From NCBI RefSeq assembly GCF_963921235.1, contig NC_086097.1, positions 207,764,001 to 207,828,000 on the forward strand: a DNA stretch of 64,000 nucleotides, given 5' to 3'. Source of the DNA: Mobula hypostoma (taxonomy: Eukaryota). This document shows positions 27,465 to 41,310 of the stretch, piece after piece. A model generated the notes under the pieces. The model was not told the origin of the DNA, made no database searches, and was given only the letters and a program-made list of their open reading frames with translations. Numbering within the stretch: the stretch's first letter is position 1; every line of letters begins with the position of its first letter. A program made the translations under genes and the position numbers.

Positions 27465-28292
27465 AAAATTTCAGATGGTGATGAGAGGGCGTACAGAAGT
27501 GAGATATATCAGATAGTTCAACCTTGCACTCAGCATCAGGAAGACCAAAGAACTGACGTGGACTTCAGATAGGGTAAGACGAGGGATCACAAACAAATCC
27601 TCGAGGAGGGATCAGAAATGGAAAGAGTGAACAATTTCAAGTTACTGGATGTCAATATCTTTGAGGATCTAACCTGGACCCAACATATCGATGCAGCTAC
27701 AAAGAAGGCACAACAGCAAATATGTTTCATTAAGAGTTTGAGGAGATATGGTATGTCACCAAAAACACTCACAAATTTCTACAGATGTACCATGGAGTGC
27801 ATTCTAACTGCATCACTCTCTGGTATGGGTGGGGAGGGTGATCAAAATAAGCTGCATAGAGTTGTACACTTAGTCAGCTCCATCATGGGCACTAGCCTCC
27901 ATAGTATCCAGACACCTTCAAGGAGCAATACTTCAAAAAAATGAAGTCTATCATTAAGGACCCCTATCACCTGGAACATGTCTTGTCCTCATTGCTACTA
28001 ACAGGAAGGAGATTCAGAAGCCTGAAAGCACACACTCATCGATTCAGGAACAGTTTCTTCACTTCTGCCATCCGATTTCTGAATGGACATTCAACGCATG
28101 AATGCTATCATGTTACTTTGTTATTTCTATTTCTGTGCTTCTTATTTAATTTAACTATTTCTATTTATCATAATATACTTACTGTAATTCACAGTTTTTT
28201 TCTATTATTATGTATTGCATTGTACTTCTGCCTCAAGGTCATCAAATATCACAACATATGCCAGTGATATTAAAACTGATTCCGCTTCTGAT
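27465..28292 (+). mobile_element. Rex1/Babar LINE 3' third
   Basis: ERVNNFKLL-VNI-EDLTWTQHID, SPKTLTNFYRCT, RFRNSFF. Confidence 0.88.
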
Positions 28293-29309
28293 CTCTATCC
28301 ATTTTGAAATATGAGAAACTGGGGATGGCAGCAGTGCAAACAGGTGGTACTAAATTAGCATTTAATTCATATTACCAATTCTTCATCATTATTCAAATGG
28401 AGGAGTCATATTGGCAAAAAACCTTCAATGTGAAAATCACATTGCTATTAAATTAACAGATTGGTTACTAAAATTTATGGGCAAGCTGATACTATATGAT
28501 GGCACAGAAAGTAAGGTTTGAATTAGCCTGCTCCATAAAAGGAGGCTTTCTGGTGATAGCAGATTGGCATATGAACTAACAACGTATGAAAATGACTATA
28601 GATGAAAAGGATTTAGTTGGCTAGAACATGCTTTCTGGGGTCTTAAAGTTTTCAATTGGTTTTGATAAATGCAACTGGTATTTGATTTTTCCATTTACAC
28701 TTGTGTCCTGAATCTGGAAGCCATAACAGATAACTTACAAGTGCAATCCAACTGGTTTAAGGTCAGCTTGGTATGTGTAACTTTATGCAGAGTCAAAGAC
28801 CAGAAGTTTAAAGCTAAGAACTCAAAGACACCACCAATGGCAAGTCAGCGTTTGTGGCTGAAAGAAACAGCAATCAGAATAGAACCAGTTTGGAAAACAA
28901 CTGAACTGCAGTTGAATTTAAAATGCAGTTATGTACTCACCTGGGTCACTAGGCTATTCATTCGTCTCTCTTCTTCGGTGCTTCCTCAGGGTCAAGGATT
29001 ATATGCTTCCACTCCCTTTTGTGGGCTTATTCAGACCGTCAATTATGAATTTCTAGTGACAAAGTTTCTGGGGCCATGTTATGTTGGAGACTGGCTGATG
29101 GAGGTAACAAAGCAAACCAAGAGAGGCCCAGTCCAACCGTTAATAGCAGTGTTCTTAATTCATCACAAGAATTCAGCTATGATTGAATGACAAGATTAGC
29201 AATTATTTTAGCCAATTGCACCATAGTTTGGTTTATTACATGCTTATGCACTCACTCACTTTGACATTCTGAAAATCGTAAGAGTGGGATTTTTTTTGTT
29301 GTTTCTGCA

Positions 29310-30395
29310 AAAGTTCAAAGTAAATTTATCATCAGCCTACGTATATGTCAGCACATACAACCCTGATACTGTATGATGGCACAGAAAGCAAGATTTGAAT
29401 TAACCTTTTATTCTGCAGGCATACTCAGCAAATCTATAGAATGGTAACTATAACAGGATCAATGAAAGATCAAACAGAAGATAACAATTATGTAGATGCA
29501 AATATAAATAAATAGCAATAAATAATGAGAACGTGAAATAACAAGATAAGGAGTCCTTAACCTGAGAGCATTGGTTGTGAAAACATCTCAAAGGATGGGC
29601 AAGTGACTGTAGTTATCCCCTTTTGTTCAAGAGGTTGATGGCTGAGGAGCAGTAACTGCTCCTGGTTGGGCATGTCCTGAGACTCTTGTACCTTCTCCCT
29701 GATGGCAGCAGCAAGAAAAGAGTGTGGTGAGGTTCTTTGATGATGGACGCTGCTTTTCTACTGCAATGTTTCATGTAGATGTGCTCAACGGGAGAGTTGG
29801 GAGAGTTTTACCCGTGATGTACGGGTCTGAGTCCACTGCCTTCTGTAGGATTTTCCATTCAAAGGCATTGGTGTTTCCATACCAGGCCGTCATGCAACCA
29901 GTCAATACACTGTTGATAGAAAATTGCCAATGTTTTTGTTGACATACCCAATCTCCGCAGACTCCTAAGGAAGTAGAGGAGCTGCTGTACTTCTTTTGCA
30001 ATTGCATTTACATGCTGGGTCCAGGACAAGACCTCTGTAATTGTAAAACGCGAGAAAGTTAAGTTGCTATCTTCTCTACTTCTGATCCTCCAATGAGGGT
30101 TGGCTCATGGACCTCTGGTTTCCCTCCCCTGAAGTCTACAATCAGCTCCTTGGTCTTGTTGACATTGAGTGAGAGGTTATTGTTATGACACCACTCAGGC
30201 AAATTTTCAATCTCCCTCCTGTATGCTGATTCATCACCTCCTTTGACAGGGTCCACAGTAGCCATGTCATCAGCAAACTTGAATATGGTGTTGAAGCTGT
30301 GCTTAGCCACAGAGCCATAGGTGTTAAGAGAGTAGAGCAGACCTGTGGTGATGGAGATCACGGAGGAAATGTTTTTACCAAACTGAACTGACTGA
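29310..30395 (-). mobile_element. Rex1/Babar LINE fragment
   Basis: Minus ORFs IFKFADD, NNLSLNVNKTKELIVDFR, LTGCMTAWYGN. Confidence 0.88.
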
Positions 30396-31474
30396 ACTTT
30401 AATGTTATAATAGAGTAATATGGTAATATAATCTAATAGGGTTTGAAAAGAAACCTGAATAAATTGCTTGCAATTTTTCAGAATTTCAGAATATTGGAGG
30501 AATGTGGCAAATTTTGGATTTTGGTGCAGAGCAGGAGCAAGTTCAACAGTTTAAACTCTGCTGAAATTAAACCAGTGAATTCCTTGAGCTTGATAACAGC
30601 TCTCTATGAGCCAATGGTGTAGAGATGATAAGGCAGACCAATGATTTCTGCATGAGCCGGCAGTTGCAGATATTACAGTGTAAATCCAATTATAATTCTA
30701 GCATCCACAGAAGAGTAGTTAAATGTGGGAATACTAAAACTGTAGTCGCTCCTCTTCCCTGAGGAAACTATTGCCATTTTAAATTATCTAGATTAATGAT
30801 GCTATGTCTTGAGCTTGAGCTTGGTTTAGTTGCCCTAATGCTGCAATAAAATAAGTCTGGAGTTTTCTTTAATAAATTAAAACTTCAGCACTGGAAAAAC
30901 AGGAATTACCACTGTAAAATTCTATTAGATGCTGTTCCTGCAAGTTTAATGCATAAAGAGACCTTTCTTCCTTTCACTTCAAGAAACCATAAAGTAAAAT
31001 GCTGTCACAGAAAATCCAACCTCTGCATTCATCGCACAGTCAATTGTTAACAATCACTGATCCAATCTGTCCTTTAATAATGGTCACAGCTACCTGCTTT
31101 ACATCTTGATCAGGATTTCTTTCATTGATCCATTACCACTGGTTTTTCAACTAAGGTAATACTGAAAGTTGAAAGCCTGCTCTTAACATTTCTGATGTTT
31201 GGGCTATCACGGTTGAAGGTAGCATTTGTTAATGTGCAGTGTACAGTAAAATTTTGCAGAAGTTACACAAGAGGTGAAGAAGTGGAGTGAATTCAATTTG
31301 ACAAATTTTAATTGAGAAGTTTGCTTTATGCTCTAATGTTCAAGGTTATTGGTTTAAGCTAATTTTGATAACTTTTGATAATATATTCTTCATTTGGAAA
31401 GCAAAAATTTAGAAAGGATGGAACATTCATACAATATATTCAGATGGCTAATGTATTATACCTTTATAATAACT

Positions 31475-33168
31475 TACAACTTTTAACTCTAGTACCAGAC
31501 ATTTCAACCCTAGAAAAAATACTTCCTCTCTATTCTATCTATGCCTCTGATACATTTATAAATATCTATCAGATCTTCCCTTAAACTCTGCCATTTTAGG
31601 GAAAACAACCATGGTTTGTTCAACCTCTCCCTGTAGTACCTTCTATATAATCTGGGCAGCATCCTGGTAAATCTCTTTTGCACCCTCTCCAGAGCTTCCC
31701 CATCCTTCTGATAATGGGGAAACCAGAATGCAATGCAATACTCCAAATGTGGTCCAATCAGAATTTTATAAAGCTGCAACATAACTCTGACTCTTGAACG
31801 ATATACTTTCCTTACTGCTCAATCAACTTGTACAGCCACAATGATCTAAGACCCAAAGATCCTTCTGCACGCTGACTTGTCTGCCATTAACTGACCTTTT
31901 ACGTTTGATCTCCCAAAGTGTACCACCTCACACTTACCCAAATTAAACTCCTGAAATCTCATTTAGCTGCCAGTGGAAACTCTGATTATCTTGTGTTCAT
32001 GACAAACACGGCATTGAAAGGATAGTCATAGAAAAGTACAGCACAGAAACAGGCCATTCAGCCCATCTAGACCATGATAAAACATTTAAACTGCCTACTC
32101 CCATCGATCTTCCAGCAGGGCCAAAGCCCTCCATACACCTACCATCCATGTACCTATGCAAACATCTCTTAATTATTGAAATCGAGCTCATATGGACCAC
32201 TTGTGTTATCAGCTTGTTCCGCACTCTCACAACCCTTTGAGAGAAGATGCTTCCCCTCATATTCCCCTTAAACTTTTCACCTTTCTCCCTTAACCTATAA
32301 CTTCTGGGTTGTAGTCAGACCCAGACTCAGTGGAAAAAGCTTATATTTACCCTATCTATACCCTTCATAATTTTGTGTACCTCTATCAAATCCCTCCTCA
32401 CTCTTCTATGTGTCAATGAATAAAGTTCAAACCTATTTAATCTTTCCTTATAATTCAAGTCCTCCAGTACCGGCAACATTCTTGTAAATTTTCTCAGTAC
32501 TCTTTCAACCTTATTTACATCCTTTATGTAGGTAAGTGACCAAAACTGCACACAATACTCCAAATTAGTCCTCTCCAATGTCTTAAACAACTTCAACATA
32601 ATATCCCATCTCCTGTACTCAATCCTTTGATTTATGAAGCCCAATGTGCCAAAAACCTTCTCTATGGCCCCATTTACTTATGATGCCACTTTCAATGAAT
32701 TATGGACCTGTATCCCTAGATCCCTTTGTTCTACAGCACTCCTCAGTGCCCTACCATTCACGATGTAAGACCTGCCGTGGTTGGTCCTACCAAAGTGCAA
32801 CACCTTGTGCTTGTCCGCATTAAATTCCATCTGCCATTTTTCAGCCCACATTTCCATATGGTCCAGATCCCACTGCAAGCTCTGTTAAACTTCCTCACTG
32901 TTCACTACACCCACCATCTTGGTGTCATTCTCAAATTTGCAGATCCAGTTGACCGTATTATTATAGAGATCATTGGTATGGATGACAAGCAACAATGGAC
33001 ACAGTACTGATCCCTGCGGCACCCAATAGTTCCAGGCCTCCAGACAGAGAGGCAACAATCTACCGCCACTCTCTGGCTTCTCCCACAAAACCAATGTCTG
33101 ATCCAATTTACTACCTCATCTTGAACCTTCTTGACCAACCACCCATGTGGACCTTGTCAAATGCCTTT
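31475..33168 (-). mobile_element. Two CR1 LINE fragments (~31475-31960 and ~32020-33168)
   Basis: PHLEYC, LERVQKRFTRMLP, VPQGSVL, WAEKWQMEFNADK. Confidence 0.9.
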
Positions 33169-33782
33169 CATTTGGGAAGATTTTTTCCATTAGATATATA
33201 AACGTTTACACAAGGTTCTCCCAACCACTCATTGAATTTCACTACAGGAAATGTAAAAATCATTAACGTCACAGGCCACAGGCTTTGTATATACATGTTA
33301 GCACAGATGAGAAACACTTGCAGATCATTCCATAGTACAAACCAAGGGCTGGTATGAATAGAAACAACTTAAACACAGCTTCTGTGCTTTTGCCACATAC
33401 TTATGCTGGAAATCTCTCCTGCCACTTCCTCGTCAGCTGGTTGTTATCGAATCAGCATATCACTACACTGATGATTCAACGCAATCTGTTATCATGGGAA
33501 TGACCTTTAAGGCATCATATATTCTGGATTACAAGACAGAGAGATGCTGCAATTTATCCTCTTCCTGATTTAATGACAGCCTGTAAAAATGTTCTGAATA
33601 ATACCAGCAATGCGTACAAACCAAGGGCTACAAATTCATCACTAATGGTAACTTGAGCAGTCTCCAACTGACATACATGACTGTAATCATTTATAGATCC
33701 ATAGGTTCTTGGCAATATTAGATATCTACTTAGCAACAGTCCCTTGTTCCTCAGTCAATTGCTCAGTTTCTTGTATTCCTAC

Positions 33783-34209
33783 TGTCACAACCACGGATTT
33801 GGCAGTGCAGTAGATACGGCAATTGCACTCGTGAATGTGCACATGTCAGCTAATTATTATTTCATCATGATAGTATTTAACTCCATTCATTCCATTGTAG
33901 TATTTGTCGAGACGTGGACACAGCACAGCAACACTTTGCTGCCTGCTTGCATTCCGCCTTGCTTGAGAAACTGGACTGGCAAGTCAACTGACTCTGAAGA
34001 CTAACAGTATTCATTTTATTCTTAGTTGTTCTTTTCAGCCACAGTGTAGACTTCATTTTCCATTTGAGAGTTTTAGTTAATGGCCTTGTTTGGCCTAGCA
34101 TTTATTATATCCTTTTCCCTTTAACACTGTTCGCATTAAAGTTTGTGAACTATCGACCTGCTTCAGTGTCTCTCACTCCAAACTCTGGCCAAAATTGCAC
34201 CAGGTGACA
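33783..34209 (+). mobile_element. Solo LTR (427 bp)
   Basis: Termini TGTCAC...GTGACA; perfect 5-bp TSD CCTAC (33778-33782 and 34210-34214); ATTAAA at 34135-34140. Confidence 0.85.
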
Positions 34210-34321
34210 CCTACATAGTGATTTACCCTGTATTTTTTCCTGTAATGTGGCTGAAATTCAAGAAGAGGTCTGCAAATGTTTTAAATGAAAAAGGGATTCT
34301 TTAAGGAATGGACCTTATTTG

Positions 34322-34927
34322 TGTAGTCTCCTGGTAAGCCTCAGGCTCGCTCAACTTGCTTTCATCTAGGGGGAGCAGCCTTCGGCCTCGCCAAACTGGG
34401 TAATCATGTTGGTGTAGATGCTGGGTGATGTACCCCACCATGCGAAATAACAGACAGTACAAAATATGCAATTAAATGATTACACTTTATAAGTATTTCT
34501 TGGTGATGGGTTAGTAGAAACAAATACAATTAAGGTGCCAAGTCAGTAACTCTATCAGTTCTGTGCACAAATAATTTGTTCGAGCTCTTACAGAACCGGG
34601 TCTCCCATTCCTCCGGTCGATGTCCTCCGAACTCCACTGACCCTCGAATGGGACCACCCTCGGTGGCTGACCAAACACTCCACACGAGTCTGTCCTCATC
34701 TCTTCTCCTCGCCGAAAACCCTGGGCCTCAGACTCACGCTCGGGGTCCGTCCCATCGCACAGCTTACCGCATCGCGTCTCCTCTCTCTGTCCCCATCACG
34801 CCTTCTGCCCAAGCCCACGAAAACAATAGCTTACTGACACACAAGAAAGAATAACATCTATCCCAATCGGTTAGCAAATGAATACGATTCTTGTTATCAG
34901 TAATTATAACCTAAACAAGCTGCTACA
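34322..34927 (-). mobile_element. Probable second solo LTR
   Basis: Termini TGTAG...CTACA and a CpG-rich non-coding interior. No TSD match, because the right flank abuts a CR1. Confidence 0.45.
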
Positions 34928-34929
34928 GA

Positions 34930-35640
34930 GAACCACTTGGTGATGTGGAGGACCTGAGAGCTTGGGGTCTATGTCCATAAGACACTTAAAGCTGCTGCAC
35001 AGGTTGACAGTGTTGTTAGGAAGGCATATGGTGTGCTAGCATTTATCAAGCTCAAGAGCTGTAATATTACAGCTATGTAAGAACTTGCTCAGACCCCACT
35101 TGGAGTACTGTGTTCAGTTCTGGTCACCTCACTACAGAAATGATGTGGATACTATAGAGAGAATGCAGAGAAGACTTATAAGGATGTTGGATTAGAGGGC
35201 ATACCTTATGAGAATGGGTTGAGTGTACTTGGTCTTTTCTCCTTGGAGTGACGGAGGATGAGCGATGACCTGATGGAGGTGTATAAGATGATGAGGGGTA
35301 TTGATCGTGTGGATAGCCAGAGGTTTTTTCCCAGGGATGAAATGGCTAACACCAGGGGGCATAGTTTTAGGGTGCTTGGATGTAGGTACTGAGGGGATGT
35401 CAGGGGTAAGTTTTTTATGCTGAATGTGGTGAGTGTGTGGAATGGGCTGCCGGTGGTGATGGCGGAAGTGGATACAACAGGGTCTTTTAAGAGCCTCTCT
35501 AGATAGGTACATGGAGCTCAGAAAGTAGAGGGCTCTGCACTAGGGAAATACTAGACAGTTTCTAGAGTATGTTACGTGGTCAGCACAACATTGTGGGCCG
35601 AAGAGCCTGTAATGTGCTGTAGATTTCTATGTTCTATAAT
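34930..35640 (+). mobile_element. CR1 LINE 3' fragment
   Basis: RPHLEYCVQFWSPHY and TRGHSF motifs; TTCTATG tail. Confidence 0.88.
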
Positions 35641-35794
35641 CCAGATAATGTCATATGATGCACTCTCTCAACGTATGGTATTTTTCCAGGATATATTGTA
35701 TTCATTGGTTAACTTCCACTCCAATAATGACTATACAGCAGTTTCAGCCGTACAAATTTGTTCAAACTTTTTCTCCAGTTATTGAAAAGCAAAA

Positions 35795-36580
35795 AGAAGA
35801 TGCCAAGTGCTGAAATAAAAACAAATATTTAGCAGGCCAAATAGTGTTTGCAGAGAGAGAAACATAATTAATATTTCTGGTTAATAGCCTTTCGTGAGAG
35901 CCGAAAAATCATTGCACTAGGCTGAATAGACTAGATGGGTCGAAGGGCTGTTTCTGTGAGTAGTGTTCTATGACTCTATGACTTTATGTTTAAATTTGTA
36001 TCATGGTGGACTAGTGAAAAGAATAAAGGAAGTGTCTGTGATAGAATTGCTCCTGGAGCCATCTGTCTGGAGGACTGTGAATAAAGTTAAATAGATGAGG
36101 CAGAGAAAAAGAGAAAAGAAAGGATATTTTGGGATTGTGAGAGGTTGGACATAACAGTTGCGATAAATCTGATATAAGAAAATGAAAATAATTGATCAGG
36201 TAACATCTGTAAGCAGAGAAAATCTGAGCTAAGGTTACTGGTCAATGAATCTACTTCAGAACTGCCAGTTCAAGACATAAAAGGTTGGCTCTCTAAAATT
36301 ATTAAATACAATGCTGAGTCTCAAGAGCTGTAACTAGCCCAGAGAAAAGATGACACCCTGTCCCTCATGCTCACTCAGGGCCTCATTGGAACAATGAGGG
36401 GACCCAATGACTGACAGGCATGTGATGGAAAGTTATTGAGACAGGTGACTGCTGAAGGTCTTGGCCTGAAACATCAATTCTTTATTCCTTTCCATAGTTG
36501 CTGCCTGTTTTGCTGACTTCCTCGCGCATTTTGAACATGTTATTCTGGATTTCCAGCTTCTTCACAATTTCATGTGTAAA
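35795..36580. mobile_element. Old Penelope-like remnant in inverted configuration
   Basis: Minus-strand end at ~35800-35900, minus GIY-YIG-like remnant at ~36300-36450, plus-strand end GAAGGTCTTGGCCTGAAACATC...CCAGCTTC at 36454-36580. Confidence 0.5.
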
Positions 36581-39189
36581 TAATTTGGGCTTTTATTTTC
36601 ATGTTTGCTAAAAAAATTTATGATATAGCCTGGCTTAATGAATGTCTGGAAAAACATTTAATTTGTACCCAATTGAGATTGTCAGTATGTGTAAACATTA
36701 TAATATTTTCTTTGTTTTTTAAATTAATTATAAACCAATTTCATTACTATTATGTTTTATATATAACATCCTTTTCATGTGCTCAGTTATATTTTACGGA
36801 TCTTTTTTTTCTGGGAGCATCAAAAGAGCATGAAGGTGTACCTGTATTCATGAGGTCAGTCTGTAGTGTGAGCTGGAGCCAGGTGCAGTGTGTGGGCTAG
36901 GTAAATGTGACTCCAGCTTGGATAGTGTGTGTGTGTGCATGTTTCAGCTTGTTTTAAATGTCAAATGCAATATCTATACCTACTGGGGAGTAATTGCCAG
37001 CAGCCTTGGTGTATATGCATTTATTTCTAATTTGTAGGAAGTTTGGTCCATATCTCTCATGACCAGGATGACTTAATACAATTGCAGAGGTGATTGCACT
37101 GATTTGGATTGAGTGTAATAAGTAAATGAAACAATGTTTCCTGGCACATATTCTAATACATCTGACAACTGTGGATGTCTGTGGCTGACATTTTTTCCTA
37201 AATTGTCTACATTTTTAATCTTGGTGTTTATTTTTACAGTATTGGGGGAAATGCTTCAGTAAGTGCAGCTACATTCCCTGCAACATACTCTCTTCGAAGG
37301 ACTTGATTCTCTGTATTGTCTAAGAAGGTTCTACTTACTCACACTTTTAACCTTCATTATAAACCTTGGTGCTGGCTCCCTTCAGTCTTCATAGAAAGTG
37401 AAGAGTCTACATCTCTTTTGGTCGAAAGAAGACTATTTAAGACAGCTAAGTGAATGCTTACTTAATTAAGCAGTATTTTAATACTTTCTTGCTACCATTG
37501 ATGTGATCTTCACTTGAATGTCACTGAGTCATTTTATAAGCTTGTGCCAAACTCTGCAGAGTTCCAAATGTGCTTAATAAAGACCAAGAACTGGAATGTC
37601 TTCATTTTTGGAAAATATGTACTGAAGCAGAAATGGCCCAAGCCATTTTTTATGTGAGATGTTAGCACATTTTTTGGGGTTAGGACATATAGCAAATATT
37701 GACTTCAGTGACCAACCTTCAGATCTGAATGTGCATTGAAGATTACATTTAAAAAGCAGCTCCGAACAGTACAATGCAGATCAGCCAGACCAGGAAACAA
37801 TTGTCTACATATGCAAGAATTAAATCAACATCTCACTGCATAGATATAACAGTAATTAACACTTATTTTGGGTGTAATCGTGGGAAGATCCAGGCATTTG
37901 AAACTGTTACAAGTAGTTCAAAGGAAGCATTATAGATATGTATTTGTTTAAATTGTCCTGAATTTTTCTTTGATCTTTAGCATATAGAATGTCGGTAGTG
38001 TTGGGTCAGGCAGACTTTATTCCTCTGAAAGGGGCTGCAGTCTGATGATTGCTCAATCTCATTTTGTTGAATAAAGGGACTGCTTCATATCTACCAGTAC
38101 TCCTCTCTGGTGACTTCACTCATGGAATAACACGAGGTGCCCTGTTTATCTTACAAAGGAAAGTCTATGAGCGTGCAAGGCTCTAATATCCTGAGAGGGA
38201 CTTTAAATAATTTTAAGAGATATTGTGTTTTTATTCTTCATTTCCCTCCACAGAGAGGCCACAGGTTAAAACTGTAGAGTCTCGCATTCCCTCAATGTTT
38301 GCATACTGTTATGGTACTAAAGTCTTCGCCCCCATGCGTTAATGAAATTATCAGTAACAGGCTCACAAACAAAATGTTCACCACACATCAAAAATTAAGT
38401 AAAGCTAGGACCTAGTGCTGGGGACTGGAGTTGAGTGGTCACGGAGTATGAGTTCCAGAAAAGTTAACAGGTTTGGGAACTGGGTACTATTGATAGAGAG
38501 GAGAATTAGATGTTTCTTGCTGAGGATAGTTTAGGGTTGGGTCTGTACGGAGAAAGTAGGCACTTTTCAGCGGGTGAAGGGAACAGGTGTTGAAATGGGA
38601 GTTGGGTGAGATGAATAGCCTAGACTTGGTAAACAGATATGATAGGTGCTCAGGAGGGTGGTCATTAGTTAAGAAAGTCAGCAGTGAGGAACTAAGGGAG
38701 AGCAGTCAGCTTGGTGTAATTGATGTTTGAGATGTGGTTGCAGGGTTGGGATTAGGCCAAGTTGCTCTCATTGAGTTGTACGTAAGAGTTGTACACCTTG
38801 TGCTCTCGGGTTGGGTGCCTCTAGAATAGTGATTGAGAGGCTTAATGGAGAATCAGGTACGTACTGACATTGGGTGGGTTCCATTCTCACCTTTAAACAG
38901 GATCTTCTCAACTAGGTTTCTTTTGCATCCAATACAAGTTGCTTGATGAGGTGGGAGGAGATGTCGCTGGCCAACTGTAGAGGGAAGGACAGGCAGTGGC
39001 TCTCACTTTTTTCATTGTTTACTTTCTGCAAGATCCTTGAAGCAAGTTTTATGGGGACTGACAGCATCTACTTTAGCATGTGTGGCTTATCTATACCACT
39101 GGTTATCATTGCTTGTGTGAGCCTTCGGATGCATGGAGGAATAAAAAAGTTGACAAACTTTGTGCAATTCACATGAAGTCCTTGCTTTT

Positions 39190-41310
39190 TGATAAGATTT
39201 GTGTAAAAGAGAGATGAGAGTGGATACTGGTATGCTGGAAAATGATGCTAGAGAGGTAGTAAGGGGGACAAGAAAATGGGGTATGAACTAAAGAAGTATT
39301 TTGCATCAGTCTTTACTGTGGTAGACACTAGCAATATGGTGGAAGTTCCAGGTGTCAGGGGTCATGAAGTTTGTGAAGTTACCATTACAAGGGAGCAGGT
39401 TCTTGGGAAGCTGAAAGGTCTGAAGGTAGGTAAGTCACCTGGACCAGAAGGTGCACACCTCAGGGTTCTGAAAGAGGTGGCTGAGGAGATTATGGAGGCA
39501 TTAACAATGATCTTTCAAGAATCACTAGACTCTTGAATGGTTCCGGAAGACTGAAAAATTGTAAATGTCACTCCACTCTTCATAAAGGGAGAAAGGCAGA
39601 AGAAAAGAAATTATAGGCCAGTTAGTCCAACATCAGTGTTTGGGAAGATGTTGGAGTTGATTTTTAAGGATGTGGTTTCAGGGAACTTGGAGGCACATGA
39701 TAAAATAGGCTGTAGTCAGCATGGTTTCCTCAAGGGAAAATCTTGCCTGACAAATCCATTGGAATTCTTTGAAGAAGTAACAAGCAGGATATATAAAGGA
39801 GAATCGGTTGATGTTGGGTAATATGATTTTCAGAAGGTCTTTAAGAAAGCACCACACACAAGGCTGCTTAACAAGCTATGAGCCCATGGTATTACATAAA
39901 AGATTCTATCATGGATAACAGTGGTTGACTGGCAGGAAGCAAAGAGTGGGAATAAAGGGAGCCTTTTCTGGTCAGCTGCCGGTGACTAATGGTGTTCTAC
40001 AGGGGTCTGGATTAGGACCAATACTTTTTACATTATATGTCAATGATTTGGATGATGGAATTGATAGCTTTATTGCAAAGTTTGCAGACAATATGGAGCT
40101 AGGTGGAGGGGCAGGAAGTTTTGAGGAAGTAGAGAGGCTACAGAAGGACTTCAACAGATTGAGAGAACAGGCAAAGTGGCAGATTGAATACAGTGTTGGG
40201 AAGCATATGGTCATGCACTTTGGGAGAAGAAATGAAAGGGTTGACAATTTTCTAAATGGAGAGCAGATACAAAAAACTGAGGTGCAAAAAGATTTGGGAG
40301 TTCTTGTGCAAGATTTCCTAAAGGTTAATTTGCAGGTCAAGTTTATGGTGGAGAAGGCAAATGCAGTGTTAGGATTCATTTCAAGAGGACTAGAATATAA
40401 AAGCAAAGATGTAATGTTGAGATTTTATAAAGTACTGGTGAGGCCTCACTTGGAGTATTGTGAGCAGTTTTGTACCCCTTATCTTAAAAAGGATGTGCTG
40501 AAATTGGACAGGATTTAAAGGAGGCTCACAAAAATGATTCCAGGTTTGAAATACCTGTTATATGAAGAATGTTTGATGGCTCTGGGACTGTATTTACTGG
40601 AATTCAGAAGAATGAAAGGTGACCTCGTTGAAGATTATCAAATGGTGAAAGGCCTCAATGGAGTAAATGTGGAGAAGATGTTTCCTATGGTGGGGAAGTC
40701 TAAGACCAGAGGACACAGCCTCAAAATGGAGGGGCGTGCTTTTAGAATAGAGATGAGGAGGAATAATTTTAGCCAGAGAGTGGTGACTGTGGAATTCACT
40801 GCCCCAGGCAGCTGTGGAGGCCAAGTGTGTATGTATATTTAGGGCAGATGTTGATAGGTTCTTGTGTGGGCACGTGGCGAAGTGGTTAAGGCATTGGACT
40901 AGTGAACTGAAGGTAGTGAGTTTGAGCCCCAGCCGAGGGAACGTGTTGTGCCCTTGAGCAAGGTACTTAATCTCACATTGCTCTGCGATGACACTGGTGC
41001 AAAGCTGTATGGGTCGTCATGTCCTTCCCTTGGACAACATTGGTGTCGTGGAGAGGGGAGACTTGCAGCATGGGCAACTGCTGGTCTTCCATACAACCTT
41101 GCCCAGGCCTGCACCCTGGAGAGTGAAGATTTTCCAGGCGCAGATCCATGGTCTCGCAAGACTAATGGATACCTTATGATAGATTCTTGATCAGTCAGGG
41201 CATGAAGGGATATGGGGAGAAGGCAGGAGATTGGGACTGAGAGGAAAATTGAGAGCCATGATGAAATGGTCCAATTCTGCTCCTATGTTTTATGGTCTTA
41301 TGGTTTTAAG
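39190..41310 (+). mobile_element. CR1 LINE ORF2 3' ~1.8 kb (RT pseudogene) with an internal SINE insertion
   Basis: KSPGPEG, QHGFLKGKSCLTN, GVLQGSGLGP, KFADN, RPHLEYCEQF, TRGHSLK; (TTATGG)n tail. Confidence 0.93.
40865..41176 (+). mobile_element. tRNA-derived SINE inserted into CR1
   Basis: A box TGGCGAAGTGG, B box GTTTGAGCCC; 13-bp TSD TGATAGRTTCTTG at 40852-40864 and 41177-41189. Confidence 0.85.

Noticed and set aside
28669..29190. 173-aa ORF, and a strong minus-strand donor-like CAG/GTGAGT at ~28935-28943
   Set aside because: No recognisable domain and no supported partner exon; both are expected by chance in 64 kb
40865..40937. Functional tRNA gene
   Set aside because: The cloverleaf is degenerate, and the sequence continues into a SINE body flanked by a TSD
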